DNA of 64,000 bases from an uncultured Planctomycetia bacterium (GCA_964570585.1 CAZMYR010000002.1:7313-71312), one strand, 5' to 3'. Positions 8,527 through 18,766 are shown, counted from the stretch's first letter. The notes: generated from the letters alone by a model not told the origin. Numbers and translations: made by a program.

Positions 8527-10326
8527 TTACTTATAAAGTATTAGAGATCGGTCTAACAGATTCCTTTGCCTTTTTAACTCATCTTGTGCGTAACGCAACG
8601 GGCCTGCAAAATAAATTTTATCCCTGCTTAAGGAAAATCGCTCGATTTTAAATACCTGCTTCTGATTAAATACTCTATGGGCCTTGCCTGTTAACCTATT
8701 GGCTATATTTACCGGCGCATTAAACGGACCTAATTTGCCCTCTAAGATAGTAAACATAATCCATTTCTGAGGGCTATATTCTCCTTTAATCAAATCCGTT
8801 TCAATGTGTTTCTCAAGGGTCATTTTGCCTAATGCATAAAATTTGAAATTTTTTGGCCCTATTTTTACAAATCCACTAACCCGGATGTGGTCTTTTTTAG
8901 GAAACTCCAGTTTAAATCCTATAACAGAAAGCCCTACCACTTTGGCGGCTCGGTTTAAACTCTTCCTTACATAATTGGTCAGAAATTCTGGATCGACATC
9001 GATGGTTAAAATTTCTCCTTTGCCAACATTTTGCTGAAGAGCCGCGTCGATACTTCCTTCAATCATATAGACAGCGTACCAGGCAGCTGTCTCTTCCCCC
9101 AACCTTAAGGCCCGGCCTAAAACAGGGACGGTTGACCAAACCTTAGTAATGGCCTCGCCTTTTAGCCCTTCCGGCACCTTGGTTAATTGCTCAAAAGGGG
9201 TTTGTTTTATCTCTAATTGTTCTCTGGACAATTCTAACAATGCCGAACCTGAATAATCCCTTACTACCTCAGCCGTTATTTTGTTTGCTTTATCTAAATC
9301 ATTTAAGTCAAAAATGTATGTAAATTTTGAAAGCATTAAAGAGGTAGACGCAACTGCCGAATCACCGTGTTTATGAGCAAGGTCTCTGAATAATTCCGCA
9401 GCTTTTTCGTAATCTCCTTTTCTCTTAAAAGCATCGGCAATCTGGAATCTACTACTTGAAATCAACTTTTCTTGTTCGGATTCCTGAATTAGGTCTTTAA
9501 AATATTTTATGCTTTGGTCTAAATCACCGGCTTGTTTATTTGTCCAGCCTAAATAAAATTTGGCTTTTGTAGCTAAATCCGAATCCGGGGCTATATCCAA
9601 TACTTTGCTAAAGTAATCTCTGGCTTGGTTAAAATTCAACAATTGAGTCTTTAGCAATCCTAATCTAAAGTATGTCTTTAATATATCATCGATATCGGTC
9701 AACTGGTTAAGGCCGGAGACTAATTCATCGCATTCTTCCTTTAAAAGCAATTGCTTATTTAAATTTATTGACAGGGCTTTAGCAATATCCGCATATCGAT
9801 TGGTGCCCCCTGATTTAATTATATCTACATACAAACTCCTGGCTTTACTGAAATCACCGTTGCGATGGGCAACGACTGCTTCTTTTAAATCCTCTCTGAG
9901 CTGCTGGGTACTTTTTCTTCTCGCAAATGCAAATGTATTGCCGATTCCTTCTTTAAAGACCAAGGCCGAGGCGTCTAATGATTTTAAAATATTGGGTCTT
10001 CGCTCGGCCTTTTCATCTATTAAATTTGACAGAACTATCTGTACGTCTTTAGAGATTGTCCTTTCAGAAATAGTAGAGTTTAAATAATCTAATTTTGCCA
10101 GTCGAGACTCATCAAAACCTTCTTTTGCCACTTCGCCGGCGCTGCTTATATCTAACAGCAATGCCACCCCCAGGGTATCTCCTATCCTTAAAGATTGCAA
10201 AGAGCCATCCAAAGCCATCAATGATTTATCCAGAAGGAAATTATTATAACCGATGAAAAATATTACCAGCAGAAAAATTATAAAGGCGATTGTTAGGGTA
10301 AGCCGAAGCGGAAAAGAAATCTTCAT
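8527..10326 (-). CDS. Membrane-anchored TPR protein with an unknown C-terminal domain
   Basis: N-terminal TM; TPR-like repeats (YFRLGLLKTQLLNFNQARDYFSKVL, KFYLGW...SIKYFKDLI, FQIADAF...AAELFRDL). Confidence 0.75.
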   Translation of the reverse strand: MKISFPLRLTLTIAFIIFLLVIFFIGYNNFLLDKSLMALDGSLQSLRIGDTLGVALLLDISSAGEVAKEGFDESRLAKLDYLNSTISERTISKDVQIVLSNLIDEKAERRPNILKSLDASALVFKEGIGNTFAFARRKSTQQLREDLKEAVVAHRNGDFSKARSLYVDIIKSGGTNRYADIAKALSINLNKQLLLKEECDELVSGLNQLTDIDDILKTYFRLGLLKTQLLNFNQARDYFSKVLDIAPDSDLATKAKFYLGWTNKQAGDLDQSIKYFKDLIQESEQEKLISSSRFQIADAFKRKGDYEKAAELFRDLAHKHGDSAVASTSLMLSKFTYIFDLNDLDKANKITAEVVRDYSGSALLELSREQLEIKQTPFEQLTKVPEGLKGEAITKVWSTVPVLGRALRLGEETAAWYAVYMIEGSIDAALQQNVGKGEILTIDVDPEFLTNYVRKSLNRAAKVVGLSVIGFKLEFPKKDHIRVSGFVKIGPKNFKFYALGKMTLEKHIETDLIKGEYSPQKWIMFTILEGKLGPFNAPVNIANRLTGKAHRVFNQKQVFKIERFSLSRDKIYFAGPLRYAQDELKRQRNLLDRSLILYK

Positions 10327-10384
10327 CTTTCACCTTTCGTGGTCATCAGAATGAATCCTTCAAGCAGAAAAACTCCCAGAGGGC

Positions 10385-11440
10385 TCACTTAAGTTTATCT
10401 ATCATCTGTTTATTCTTATCTATATCTACCGGAGATTCTATGTGGAGGTGGGGCTTAGTTAATAAATCTATTAATTTTATATCGGTTAACTTATTACCTT
10501 TAGTATCAAATATAATATCTACCCGGGGTCTTAATGGATAACCTTTGTTGATAGATGCTACAATACCAATTTCTCCGTTTGTTAATCTTACCCAACTGCC
10601 TATAGGATAAATACCTATATTGTCAATCAATGACTTAATAATGTTTACCTGAAATTTGTCGGATTCTACCTCTACCAGTTCCTTTACAGCTTCATGCGGC
10701 AACTTGGCCCCTCTATAACTGCGGCGATGAGTAATTGCCTCATAAACATCTGCCAACCCGATTATCTGGGCTATCCTCTGCAATTTTTCACTGCTTAACT
10801 CTTTGGTAAAATCCTTATCGGTCAATCTTTTATGATGGCCTCTAATGGCATCGATTACATCCCCTGTTATATCTTTTACTTTTTCTAACATCCTTGCACT
10901 AACTACAGGATGCTCCTTGACTTTCTGGAGCTCTTTATGCTTCAATTTTCTGGGCAAAGAAATAATATCCTCTACACTTATCAGCCCCAAATCGTGCAAT
11001 AAACCGCCTAAGGCTATGTTTATCAAGTCGGATTTGTTCATGTTCAGCCATATTCCTATTTTAACCGCTAATAAGCACACATTGAGCGAATGCATATGTA
11101 AATAATTTCTCCCTCTATAAGCATAAAAGTAATCAAAAAGTCCCCCATTACCCAATAATATACGGTCTACTAACTTGTGTAGATAATCTATTACTAATTT
11201 AAAATCTATTGAATTGGCTACATACTCTTTTGCATCAGGGGGGTTTAATCGCTTAGTCTGCCTGACCTTATTAAAGATATCTTTTAATAAATCTATTCCC
11301 TCATTGTATAACTGTTCAATATCTGTAGCGGTATCTTTTTTTAGTGCCTTATCTAAGAGAGAGGGCACTTTTCCACCTTTGTTTTCTTTGTGAGGTTCGT
11401 CCTGTGGCCCCATCTTAATAATATCGCTTATTCTAATCAT
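10385..11440 (-). CDS. HD-GYP-family protein with a degenerate GYP loop
   Basis: HSLNV, LLHDLG, GHHKR, LADVYEAITHRRSYR, GIYPIGSWVRL; canonical HHERxDGxGYP is replaced by HHKRLTDKDF. Confidence 0.8.
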   Translation of the reverse strand: MIRISDIIKMGPQDEPHKENKGGKVPSLLDKALKKDTATDIEQLYNEGIDLLKDIFNKVRQTKRLNPPDAKEYVANSIDFKLVIDYLHKLVDRILLGNGGLFDYFYAYRGRNYLHMHSLNVCLLAVKIGIWLNMNKSDLINIALGGLLHDLGLISVEDIISLPRKLKHKELQKVKEHPVVSARMLEKVKDITGDVIDAIRGHHKRLTDKDFTKELSSEKLQRIAQIIGLADVYEAITHRRSYRGAKLPHEAVKELVEVESDKFQVNIIKSLIDNIGIYPIGSWVRLTNGEIGIVASINKGYPLRPRVDIIFDTKGNKLTDIKLIDLLTKPHLHIESPVDIDKNKQMIDKLK

Positions 11441-12240
11441 AACGCTAAATCCTTTGTTACTCTGTCTATTAACCCATCGTCTATATCAACCTTTTTCTCA
11501 AACATGCCCTGCATAAGGGCGATTTCGCAAATATTATTTATCTTTCTGGGCAGGCCTTCTGAATAATCCCTAATTTTATTTATGGCTTTGTCCCGGAATA
11601 GCTCTTTTTCTATGCCCGCCACCCTTAATCTATGATGTATATATTCAGCTACTCTTATATAATCCAATCCGCCTAAATGATATGCAATAGCAATCCTTTG
11701 TTTTAGTTGGGGTATATCATCTATCTTTTTTTTTAATTCCGGCTGGCCGATTAAGGCCAGGGTAAGTAAAAATCTATCGTTTAGTTGGAAGTTTAACAGG
11801 AGTCTTAATTCTTCAAAGACGTCTCTACTGTCAATAGCCTGGGCCTCGTCTATTACAATAACCGTATCCTTTTTTTTGTTATAATTTTCATACAAGATAT
11901 CATTTAAGAGGTGCAAAATCTTTAGCTTGGTCTCCGGAAGCCTATCAGCCTTTAACTGAAACACTATCTCTCGTAATAAATCAACCCTTGATAACATCGG
12001 ATTTACTATCAATGCAACATCATAATTTCCTTCTTCCAGCAATTCTTTAACAAGAACCCGGGCCAGGAGGGTCTTCCCTGCTCCATATTCGCCGGTTAGC
12101 ATAACGGCGCCTTTTTTTTGACCGATTACGTATTTTAACCGAGCATACGCCTCTTCATGCCCCGGTGAATAATAGATAAAACGAGGGTCAGGGGTATTCT
12201 CAAACGGCTTCTCATTAAGTCCCCAGTATTCTAAGTACAT
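11437..12240 (-). CDS. ExeA/GspA-like AAA+ ATPase (type associated with EPS loci)
   Basis: MYLEYWGLNEKPFENTPDPRF, Walker A GEYGAGKT, Walker B IDEAQ, LIGQPEL, GLPRKIN. Confidence 0.9.
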   Translation of the reverse strand: MYLEYWGLNEKPFENTPDPRFIYYSPGHEEAYARLKYVIGQKKGAVMLTGEYGAGKTLLARVLVKELLEEGNYDVALIVNPMLSRVDLLREIVFQLKADRLPETKLKILHLLNDILYENYNKKKDTVIVIDEAQAIDSRDVFEELRLLLNFQLNDRFLLTLALIGQPELKKKIDDIPQLKQRIAIAYHLGGLDYIRVAEYIHHRLRVAGIEKELFRDKAINKIRDYSEGLPRKINNICEIALMQGMFEKKVDIDDGLIDRVTKDLAL

Positions 12241-13982
12241 ACCAATATACTCCCCTTAAACTGTATCTTTACCTCTGTAAGTTTTTTGCTACACTTTATT
12301 AGGTCCCTATGGGATGTAGAATTGGTTTTGCAAACTAAAAATATACCATCGGCATTCGGAGAAAGGACGATAGAATCGGGGCTTCTTAACAGGCCGGGAG
12401 AATCTACGATAACGCAGTCAAACTGCCCCCGCAATTTCCTAAAAAGCCCTGCCACTGCATCGGATTCTAACAAACCGGCCGGATCACGCACCCTCTTGCC
12501 GGCGGGTAGAATCTTCAACCTGTCTAACCCGTAGGTCCCCATAACTATATCCCAATCAATACTACCGCCTAAAAGCATGTCTGTAACACCTTTTAGGCAA
12601 TCCTCTAAATTGGCTTTGCCGGATAAAATATCCGAGATACCCATCGCTCTTGTTCCTATTCCAAAAAACTTAACCACCGACATTTTGTTAAGATTGGCAT
12701 CCAGCAAAGCTATTTTCTTGCCCAGCCGAGCTAATATAATAGCTAAATTCGCAACTACTGTGCTTTTTCCAATTTTGCCGTCGGGGCTGGTGAAAACTAA
12801 AACCTTCTTATCAATATTGCCTTTAAAGGCATCCAATTTTATATGGGTGGCTAAACTGCGGTAATCATTTACATACCCGGAGGAATCATCATATGCTAAA
12901 AGCAGATGGGCCCCGACTCTTTTTTTACCGGCAGTTACTGGCTTAACCTTCTGCCCCTTTTTTGGCTTTACAAACGGGACCGTTGCTATTAGCGGGAAAT
13001 CAGGGATATTCGACATCTCAAATTCAGAGACTATAGTATCGTTAACAGCAGCTATAATCAAAGCCGCTATAAGCCCTATCAAAAGCCCCGAATAAATAGA
13101 CCTTTTGTAGATATCTGCCTTATCTAAATCGCCTATGGGCTTGCGTGGTCTGGTAGCATATTGCTCAATAACTACCGGAGGTTCTTTTATCGCCCTGGAT
13201 AAAGACTCTTTCTGCTTCTCTAACTGAGTTAAATTTTCTTGTAATTTATTATATATAGCTTGCTTTCCGGAGACATCTCGTTGTAAGGCCTTAATCCCTT
13301 TGACAACAGGAATGGACTCTAATTCTTTCTTTACGGAATCCAGTTCTGAATTGATGCTTGCTACTTCCGGATATGACTCAGTATATATTCGCAGTAGTTC
13401 TGCCCTTTTTATCTCTAAGCTGGCTATTTTTTCTTTTAAGGACTTTCTTAAACTCTCAACTGACTCCCGTTGCCTTTTAAGGGAATCTAATTGCAGCTCT
13501 AATCTGTTTAAACGCTCATTTATTTCGGCCAGCTGGATTTTATAATCTTTGTATTCGGTATCGATTCTCTCTAATCTTTTCTTTTGCGCTTCATCTAAAA
13601 ACCTCAAGCCTTTCTCATCAATCTCCATCTTATAAGTTTCTGCAATGTTATTTGCTACCATGGATATAACAAAGGGGTCTTCACCCTTTGCTTTTATAGA
13701 TAAGCGGTTATAATCGCCCGATACGTCCAATTCTATATTTTGTTTTTGTTCCTGGCTTAATAACCTCAAGTTTTTATGTCGAAAAATCCTTCCAGGTTTG
13801 TCTGCGAAACCTTCTTTTTTAAAGACATCCTGCCCGATATTTGAGAAGGTAAGTTCTGCCGAAGTTGTATAGATGATGGGGTTATAAAACAAATAAAGAT
13901 AACCGACCACAACTCCAAGAATAAGGCCTATAACTAAGAATAAAATCAGCTCTCTCTTTAATCTTTTAAGATAATTTTTCAC
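12231..13982 (-). CDS. Wzc-like co-polymerase with BY-kinase-type ATPase domain but no C-terminal Tyr cluster
   Basis: Two TMs, coiled coil with YTESYPEV, SPDGKIGKST, LLDAN, IVDSPG; ends ILVCT. Confidence 0.8.
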   Translation of the reverse strand: MKNYLKRLKRELILFLVIGLILGVVVGYLYLFYNPIIYTTSAELTFSNIGQDVFKKEGFADKPGRIFRHKNLRLLSQEQKQNIELDVSGDYNRLSIKAKGEDPFVISMVANNIAETYKMEIDEKGLRFLDEAQKKRLERIDTEYKDYKIQLAEINERLNRLELQLDSLKRQRESVESLRKSLKEKIASLEIKRAELLRIYTESYPEVASINSELDSVKKELESIPVVKGIKALQRDVSGKQAIYNKLQENLTQLEKQKESLSRAIKEPPVVIEQYATRPRKPIGDLDKADIYKRSIYSGLLIGLIAALIIAAVNDTIVSEFEMSNIPDFPLIATVPFVKPKKGQKVKPVTAGKKRVGAHLLLAYDDSSGYVNDYRSLATHIKLDAFKGNIDKKVLVFTSPDGKIGKSTVVANLAIILARLGKKIALLDANLNKMSVVKFFGIGTRAMGISDILSGKANLEDCLKGVTDMLLGGSIDWDIVMGTYGLDRLKILPAGKRVRDPAGLLESDAVAGLFRKLRGQFDCVIVDSPGLLRSPDSIVLSPNADGIFLVCKTNSTSHRDLIKCSKKLTEVKIQFKGSILVCT

Positions 13983-13984
13983 AA

Positions 13985-14932
13985 TTAATCGTCCCCTATA
14001 CCCCAGTCGCCTTTACCAAAGGCGCGCTTGTCTCTCTGAAGATCTATATCTGTTCTCTTAGGATACCAGGGCAATATATTATCCACATTCCTATAATAAT
14101 TTGCCTGGGCTATAACTTTGGTTACATCACTTTTAAGAGTATCTATCTTGCCTACAAAATTGGTCACGGTGGAGAGCCAGCCTCTGGCCAAAAATACAAT
14201 ATCATCAGAATGAACCAATATATTTTCACCCATATCCCCTTCTCTGAATATCTTATGGACATTTACTACGATTATTTTGGTCGGCTTTCCTCTTTCCATG
14301 CTTCCTCTTACAATATAAACCTTATGAAGATTTATATCGCTGTCATATCCACCTGCCATTGCTAAGACCTCTACCATCCTTATGGGTTTGGTAAATCTTA
14401 TAATGCCTCCGCCTCCTGATTCATCTATAACTACAACCCTTTTGCCGCCAAATGCCTCTACGATAACAGAGACCTGGGGTACCCTTATGTATTTACCCAA
14501 TTTTTTCTCTATGGTATTTCTTAATCCATCTATAGTAACTCCTTTGGCCTGAATATCTCCGATGAGGGGAAAAGATATTTTCCCATCAGGTCTTACCACT
14601 ACTGTTCTTCTTAAATCCTCGACCTGCCAGACTGAGATATTTAAAACATCCCCTGTTTCCATTCTATAGTCTTCAAGCTCCCACCCTCTATCCTCTATAT
14701 CAGTGGCATAGACTAATTCAGCCTCATTTATATAATCTAATTGGCTGGTTGACTCACTGGCGGGAGACTCCGGACTTGTTGGGCTACTTCTGGTAGGCAG
14801 GGTTTGGCATCCGGAGAGAATAAACAAACATAATGTGGTCAACATAGTCACCATACACAGTGGCTGAGTTGGCAATAACAGCCTATTATGTCTTCTTTTC
14901 TTTTTTTTCATCTTTTTTACCGTAATAATCAT
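13985..14932 (-). CDS. wza: Outer-membrane polysaccharide export lipoprotein (Wza/OPX); true start may be downstream
   Basis: Lipobox LSGC; YRMETGDVLNISVW, VRPDGKISFPLIGDIQAKG; SLBB-like LAMAGG. Confidence 0.85.
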   Translation of the reverse strand: MIITVKKMKKKKRRHNRLLLPTQPLCMVTMLTTLCLFILSGCQTLPTRSSPTSPESPASESTSQLDYINEAELVYATDIEDRGWELEDYRMETGDVLNISVWQVEDLRRTVVVRPDGKISFPLIGDIQAKGVTIDGLRNTIEKKLGKYIRVPQVSVIVEAFGGKRVVVIDESGGGGIIRFTKPIRMVEVLAMAGGYDSDINLHKVYIVRGSMERGKPTKIIVVNVHKIFREGDMGENILVHSDDIVFLARGWLSTVTNFVGKIDTLKSDVTKVIAQANYYRNVDNILPWYPKRTDIDLQRDKRAFGKGDWGIGDD

Positions 14933-17030
14933 ATTTATAGTAATAATAGGAGCCGTACTTACCTCCGCTGGCTTCTATGCCATTAAATACCACACCCATT
15001 ATTTTTGATTGTATGTCTTTCTCGAGTTTGGCGGCTCTACGAATTGCCTTTTTAGGGGTTACATTGGCTCTTAGGCTTAATATCACAGCATCCATGTTTT
15101 TTACTAAGATTGTAGAATCGGTTACCGCAAACAACGGTGGCGAATCAACAATGATCAGGTCATATTTCTGTCTAAGGAGTGCTAAAACTTTGTCAAAGGC
15201 ATCTGATGCCAAAAGCTCTGCCGGATTATGGGGGTATTCGCCGGCAGCTAAAACGGAGAGATTCGGAATTTTGGTATCAACAAGTCTAATATCCCCTTTC
15301 CCTTGAACTAATTGGGTTAGGCCTTTTTTATTCTCAAGGCCGTAATATTTATGCAGGGTGGATTTTCTCAAATCGCAATCGATAACTAATATTTTTTTAT
15401 CTGTCTGAGCAAAAGCAAGGGCTAAATTAGCGCTTATAAAAGTCTTGCCTTCTCTAGGCACCAAACTGGTTACTAAAAGAGTTTTAATCTCTTTTCCGGC
15501 GCAACGAAACTTTATATTCGTACGCAATCCTCTAAAGGCCTCACTTACAACTGATTGGGGGGCATTTTTTAGTGGCAATGAATATTTTTTCCTTTCCTTA
15601 ATAGCGACCTCATAGACCGGTATTTCTCCTAAAATTGGGTAATCCAAGATTTGTTCTATTTCATGCATATCTTTTACAGCCATGGCGAAGTAATCAATTA
15701 AAATAGCAAGCCCTATCCCTGCACCCAAACCAAATATAACCGAGAATAGAAAATACTTTGCGGAGGTCCTTTTCTTTTCATACAGATTAAAAGGCTGTTC
15801 AGGTTTGAGAGGAGGATCTACCACTGTAAAAGTACCTGCTTCAATCAATTTGCTTGTTAAACTTAATCCCTGTAAAGAATCAACTACTTTTTGAGCCAAT
15901 TCTTCTTCAATGTGGACATTTCTTCGAAGATGAGAGTATTCAATCATCACTTTGCTTAAACCTTTTTCTATCAGGTTGGCTATTTTTCCTTCTAGCGATT
16001 CCAATACCTTTTCCTTTCTTTTTAAAGTATGGATAGCTGAGCTTACTTTTTCAGAAATTGAATGTTTTGTCTGCCCTAATCTGTCTCTGGCTTTAACAAC
16101 ATCTGGATGGAGTTCTTTATTTACAAGCAAAAGTTCGTTTAATGTTGTTTCCTGTTCAGAAAAGGTATTTAATAAATTTGCATCAACCAATGTTTCATCG
16201 TTTCGTATTATTAATTCAAATATCTCAATATCTCCTGCCGACTCTCTGGTGCCCTCTAACTCTTGTATGAAATCCCGCAGTTGACGTATTTGCGACCTTG
16301 TATCAACCAACCGTAAGGCTAATCTATCAACGCCTTCGGTTAATGGGGTTTCGCCATCCTTCACTTCTAAGACCCCAGGTATTAGTTCATTTTCTAGAAT
16401 AAATTTAGTCAGTTTAAGCTTAGCTTGTTCTAAATCATAACGGGTCTCTCTGAATTGTTTTTCTAATGATTCAAGCACTTCCTTTGCTATAAGTTTCTTG
16501 TAATTTAAGAATTCCTCTCGAGTAGCCTCAATTATTCCGTTGGTCATATTTACGACTTTTTCAGGACTATCGCCTTCAAAAAATATATCTATATAATTTA
16601 ATTCTGTTTTTATGACAAATGTCTTCGACTTAGGGTTTGCTAAAGATCTTGCATAACCTTTGTTTACATGGCCGAGTGCCTTTTTTGTAGCGCTCTCCAG
16701 AACCTCAGCGCATCTCATTAAAGTAGTAAGATCCATTACCTTTCTTTTGATTTCTCTATCTTGAACAGAAATTCCTTCTTTTAAATCTCTTGAATCTGAC
16801 TCTTTTGTTGTTATGCCCTCAGCCATTACTCTTATCCTGGCAGATGTCTTATATCTAGGGCCAAATTCTGGCTGTTTTGATTTTAGATAAAAATATACTA
16901 TAGGTATTACAATTATGGCCGTAATTAATATAACCCTCTTATGTTTGACTAAAATATAGACATATTTGAATAAAGTTTCAGCAAAAGACTCTTCTTCAAC
17001 GGTCATATTTTTTAAATCTTTCTCTGCCAT
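14886..17030 (-). CDS. wzc: Tyrosine-protein kinase / co-polymerase Wzc
   Basis: EAFRGLRTNI, TSLVPREGKT, IDCDLRK, IVDSPP, C-terminal Tyr cluster YGSYYYYKYDYY. Confidence 0.9.
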   Translation of the reverse strand: MAEKDLKNMTVEEESFAETLFKYVYILVKHKRVILITAIIVIPIVYFYLKSKQPEFGPRYKTSARIRVMAEGITTKESDSRDLKEGISVQDREIKRKVMDLTTLMRCAEVLESATKKALGHVNKGYARSLANPKSKTFVIKTELNYIDIFFEGDSPEKVVNMTNGIIEATREEFLNYKKLIAKEVLESLEKQFRETRYDLEQAKLKLTKFILENELIPGVLEVKDGETPLTEGVDRLALRLVDTRSQIRQLRDFIQELEGTRESAGDIEIFELIIRNDETLVDANLLNTFSEQETTLNELLLVNKELHPDVVKARDRLGQTKHSISEKVSSAIHTLKRKEKVLESLEGKIANLIEKGLSKVMIEYSHLRRNVHIEEELAQKVVDSLQGLSLTSKLIEAGTFTVVDPPLKPEQPFNLYEKKRTSAKYFLFSVIFGLGAGIGLAILIDYFAMAVKDMHEIEQILDYPILGEIPVYEVAIKERKKYSLPLKNAPQSVVSEAFRGLRTNIKFRCAGKEIKTLLVTSLVPREGKTFISANLALAFAQTDKKILVIDCDLRKSTLHKYYGLENKKGLTQLVQGKGDIRLVDTKIPNLSVLAAGEYPHNPAELLASDAFDKVLALLRQKYDLIIVDSPPLFAVTDSTILVKNMDAVILSLRANVTPKKAIRRAAKLEKDIQSKIMGVVFNGIEASGGKYGSYYYYKYDYYGKKDEKKEKKT

Positions 17031-17159
17031 ATTATCTACTAACCATTTATGAAATAGAAAAATTCATCTTTTATGATTATATTATACAACATACCTATTT
17101 TATAGTAACACATACTGTTAAACCAAATCAAGAAGAAAACATCTAAACGTAACCTGTGA

Positions 17160-17334
17160 GGGACAATGGGGGGTAGGGCAGGTTTCAGTGTGCCTCAGTT
17201 TTGTCAGGGCAGGCTGAAATGTGCCATCCGACGAGAAAGTTAATGGCATATTGAAGCCTGCCCTACCATTGGTGAGGCACACTTCAACCTGCCCCATTAT
17301 AACTCACCCATTACCTAAATATTCGCCTTGTCCC
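17160..17334. repeat. REP/REPIN-like compound hairpin with four ~21-bp units in A-B-B'-A' order
   Basis: GGGCAGGTTTCAGTGTGCCT (after GTAG), AGGGCAGGCTGAAATGTGCCA, and inverted copies at 17243-17266 and 17273-17295. Confidence 0.65.
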
Positions 17335-17440
17335 CGTAACTGAAATTGGGGGCTTGTGGCGAAATTATTTTCGGTCAATCAGAAAGTCCCAAAAACAGGT
17401 TAGCAAATGTTCAAAGCCCCCGAATTTATCGGTGGGGATA
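17331..17440. mobile_element. Possible IS200/IS605-type miniature remnant (two facing subterminal hairpins)
   Basis: TCCCCGTAACTGAAATTGGGGGCTTGT on + and TCCCCACCGATAAATTCGGGGGCTTTG on -; no transposase. Confidence 0.4.
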
Positions 17441-17441
17441 C

Positions 17442-18602
17442 TTACAATATCTTCTCATAAGCAGAAAGCAAAGAATTAGCGCTATTTGCCCAGCTATATT
17501 CCGCTTTTGCCTTTTCTCTTGCTTTTTTTGCTAAATTTTCCCTTAATCCTTTGTTCTCTAATAAATTAAGTATTCCTTCTGCCAAAGCATAATAATCCCC
17601 TGGTCTAACTAAAACCCCTGCATCCTTAACCATCTTTTTAACTTCTCCTACGGCACTGGCCACTATTGGTTTGCCAGAAGCTAAATATTCTGCAATCTTT
17701 AAGGGGCTTTTGCAGCGGGTAACCTTTGTATCTCTAAATGGCGCTACGCATACAGTTGAAGCTGCAATATAATACGGAATCTCATCATGGGTTACGCTTC
17801 CTGCAAAAATAACTCTATTCTCTATCCCCAAATCATGGACAAGTTTTTTTAGTTTATGTTCTAAAAACCCTTCCCCTACAATCATAAACCTTGCATCTGG
17901 TTTCTTATGCAAAACTATGTTTGCTGCCTCTATAAACAAATCTACATATTGTGCTCCGTGAAGCTGGCCGATATACAGCACTAAATCTCCATTTAAGTTA
18001 TATTTTTCTTTAATATGGTCTCCATCTAAACCGGGTTTGAATTTTTCTAAATCTGCTCCAACCGGAGCACTAAAAATATATTCTTTTCTTACTCCTGAGT
18101 TAAGTGCCAGCTTTGCCAAAAAGTCACTTGCACATGATACTGAATCAGTCGATCTAAGAAGAAATTTTTCTAAGATTTTAAAAGACATACCTATAAACCT
18201 TGAATGCATACTTCTCCCAACGGACTCATACCAAATCTTCTCCTCCCAATCATCCCAATCATAATGAAGGGGTTTTTTAGTAATATAACTTGCTACTACC
18301 GCGGGTATTGAAGCATAATGGTGGCATTTTTGCAGATGAACAATATCTGCCCACCTGCATAATTTTAAAAGTCTTTTTGTATTTACAATAAATGCCTTAG
18401 GAGAAGGGGTTCTATCAAAAGGGATTAATTCTATAGAATCTATATATTTAGGATAGTGCTTGATATTTATAACCAGAGGAAAATAACACAGCTTTACCTC
18501 ATGGCTTTTTTTAACAAACCCCTGCGCAAAGCTTTTAATCCTTATGGTCCAGGGCTCAGCTTTATCAAATAGATCATGAGGGTGTATCATCAAGATTTTC
18601 AT
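17442..18602 (-). CDS. Glycosyltransferase family 4
   Basis: Likely start MKILMIHPHD at 18602; SPLKIAEYLASGKPIVASAVGE. Confidence 0.9.
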   Translation of the reverse strand: MKILMIHPHDLFDKAEPWTIRIKSFAQGFVKKSHEVKLCYFPLVINIKHYPKYIDSIELIPFDRTPSPKAFIVNTKRLLKLCRWADIVHLQKCHHYASIPAVVASYITKKPLHYDWDDWEEKIWYESVGRSMHSRFIGMSFKILEKFLLRSTDSVSCASDFLAKLALNSGVRKEYIFSAPVGADLEKFKPGLDGDHIKEKYNLNGDLVLYIGQLHGAQYVDLFIEAANIVLHKKPDARFMIVGEGFLEHKLKKLVHDLGIENRVIFAGSVTHDEIPYYIAASTVCVAPFRDTKVTRCKSPLKIAEYLASGKPIVASAVGEVKKMVKDAGVLVRPGDYYALAEGILNLLENKGLRENLAKKAREKAKAEYSWANSANSLLSAYEKIL

Positions 18603-18657
18603 GATGTTTTGTGTGGTGTTTATTAGGTGCCTATTAGCTTGATATTGGTAGTATTGT

Positions 18658-18686
18658 ATTATACAATGTGTTAAAATTAGATACAA
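18658..18686 (-). promoter_or_regulatory. Putative sigma70 promoter for the GT4 gene
   Basis: TTGTAT-17 nt-TATAAT on the minus strand. Confidence 0.5.
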
Positions 18687-18766
18687 CTATATATTGAAGA
18701 TTTGCCAAGCAGATTTAATGAGATTGCTGAAGGCCTTATATTTATCAAACATCTAATATATAAAAT

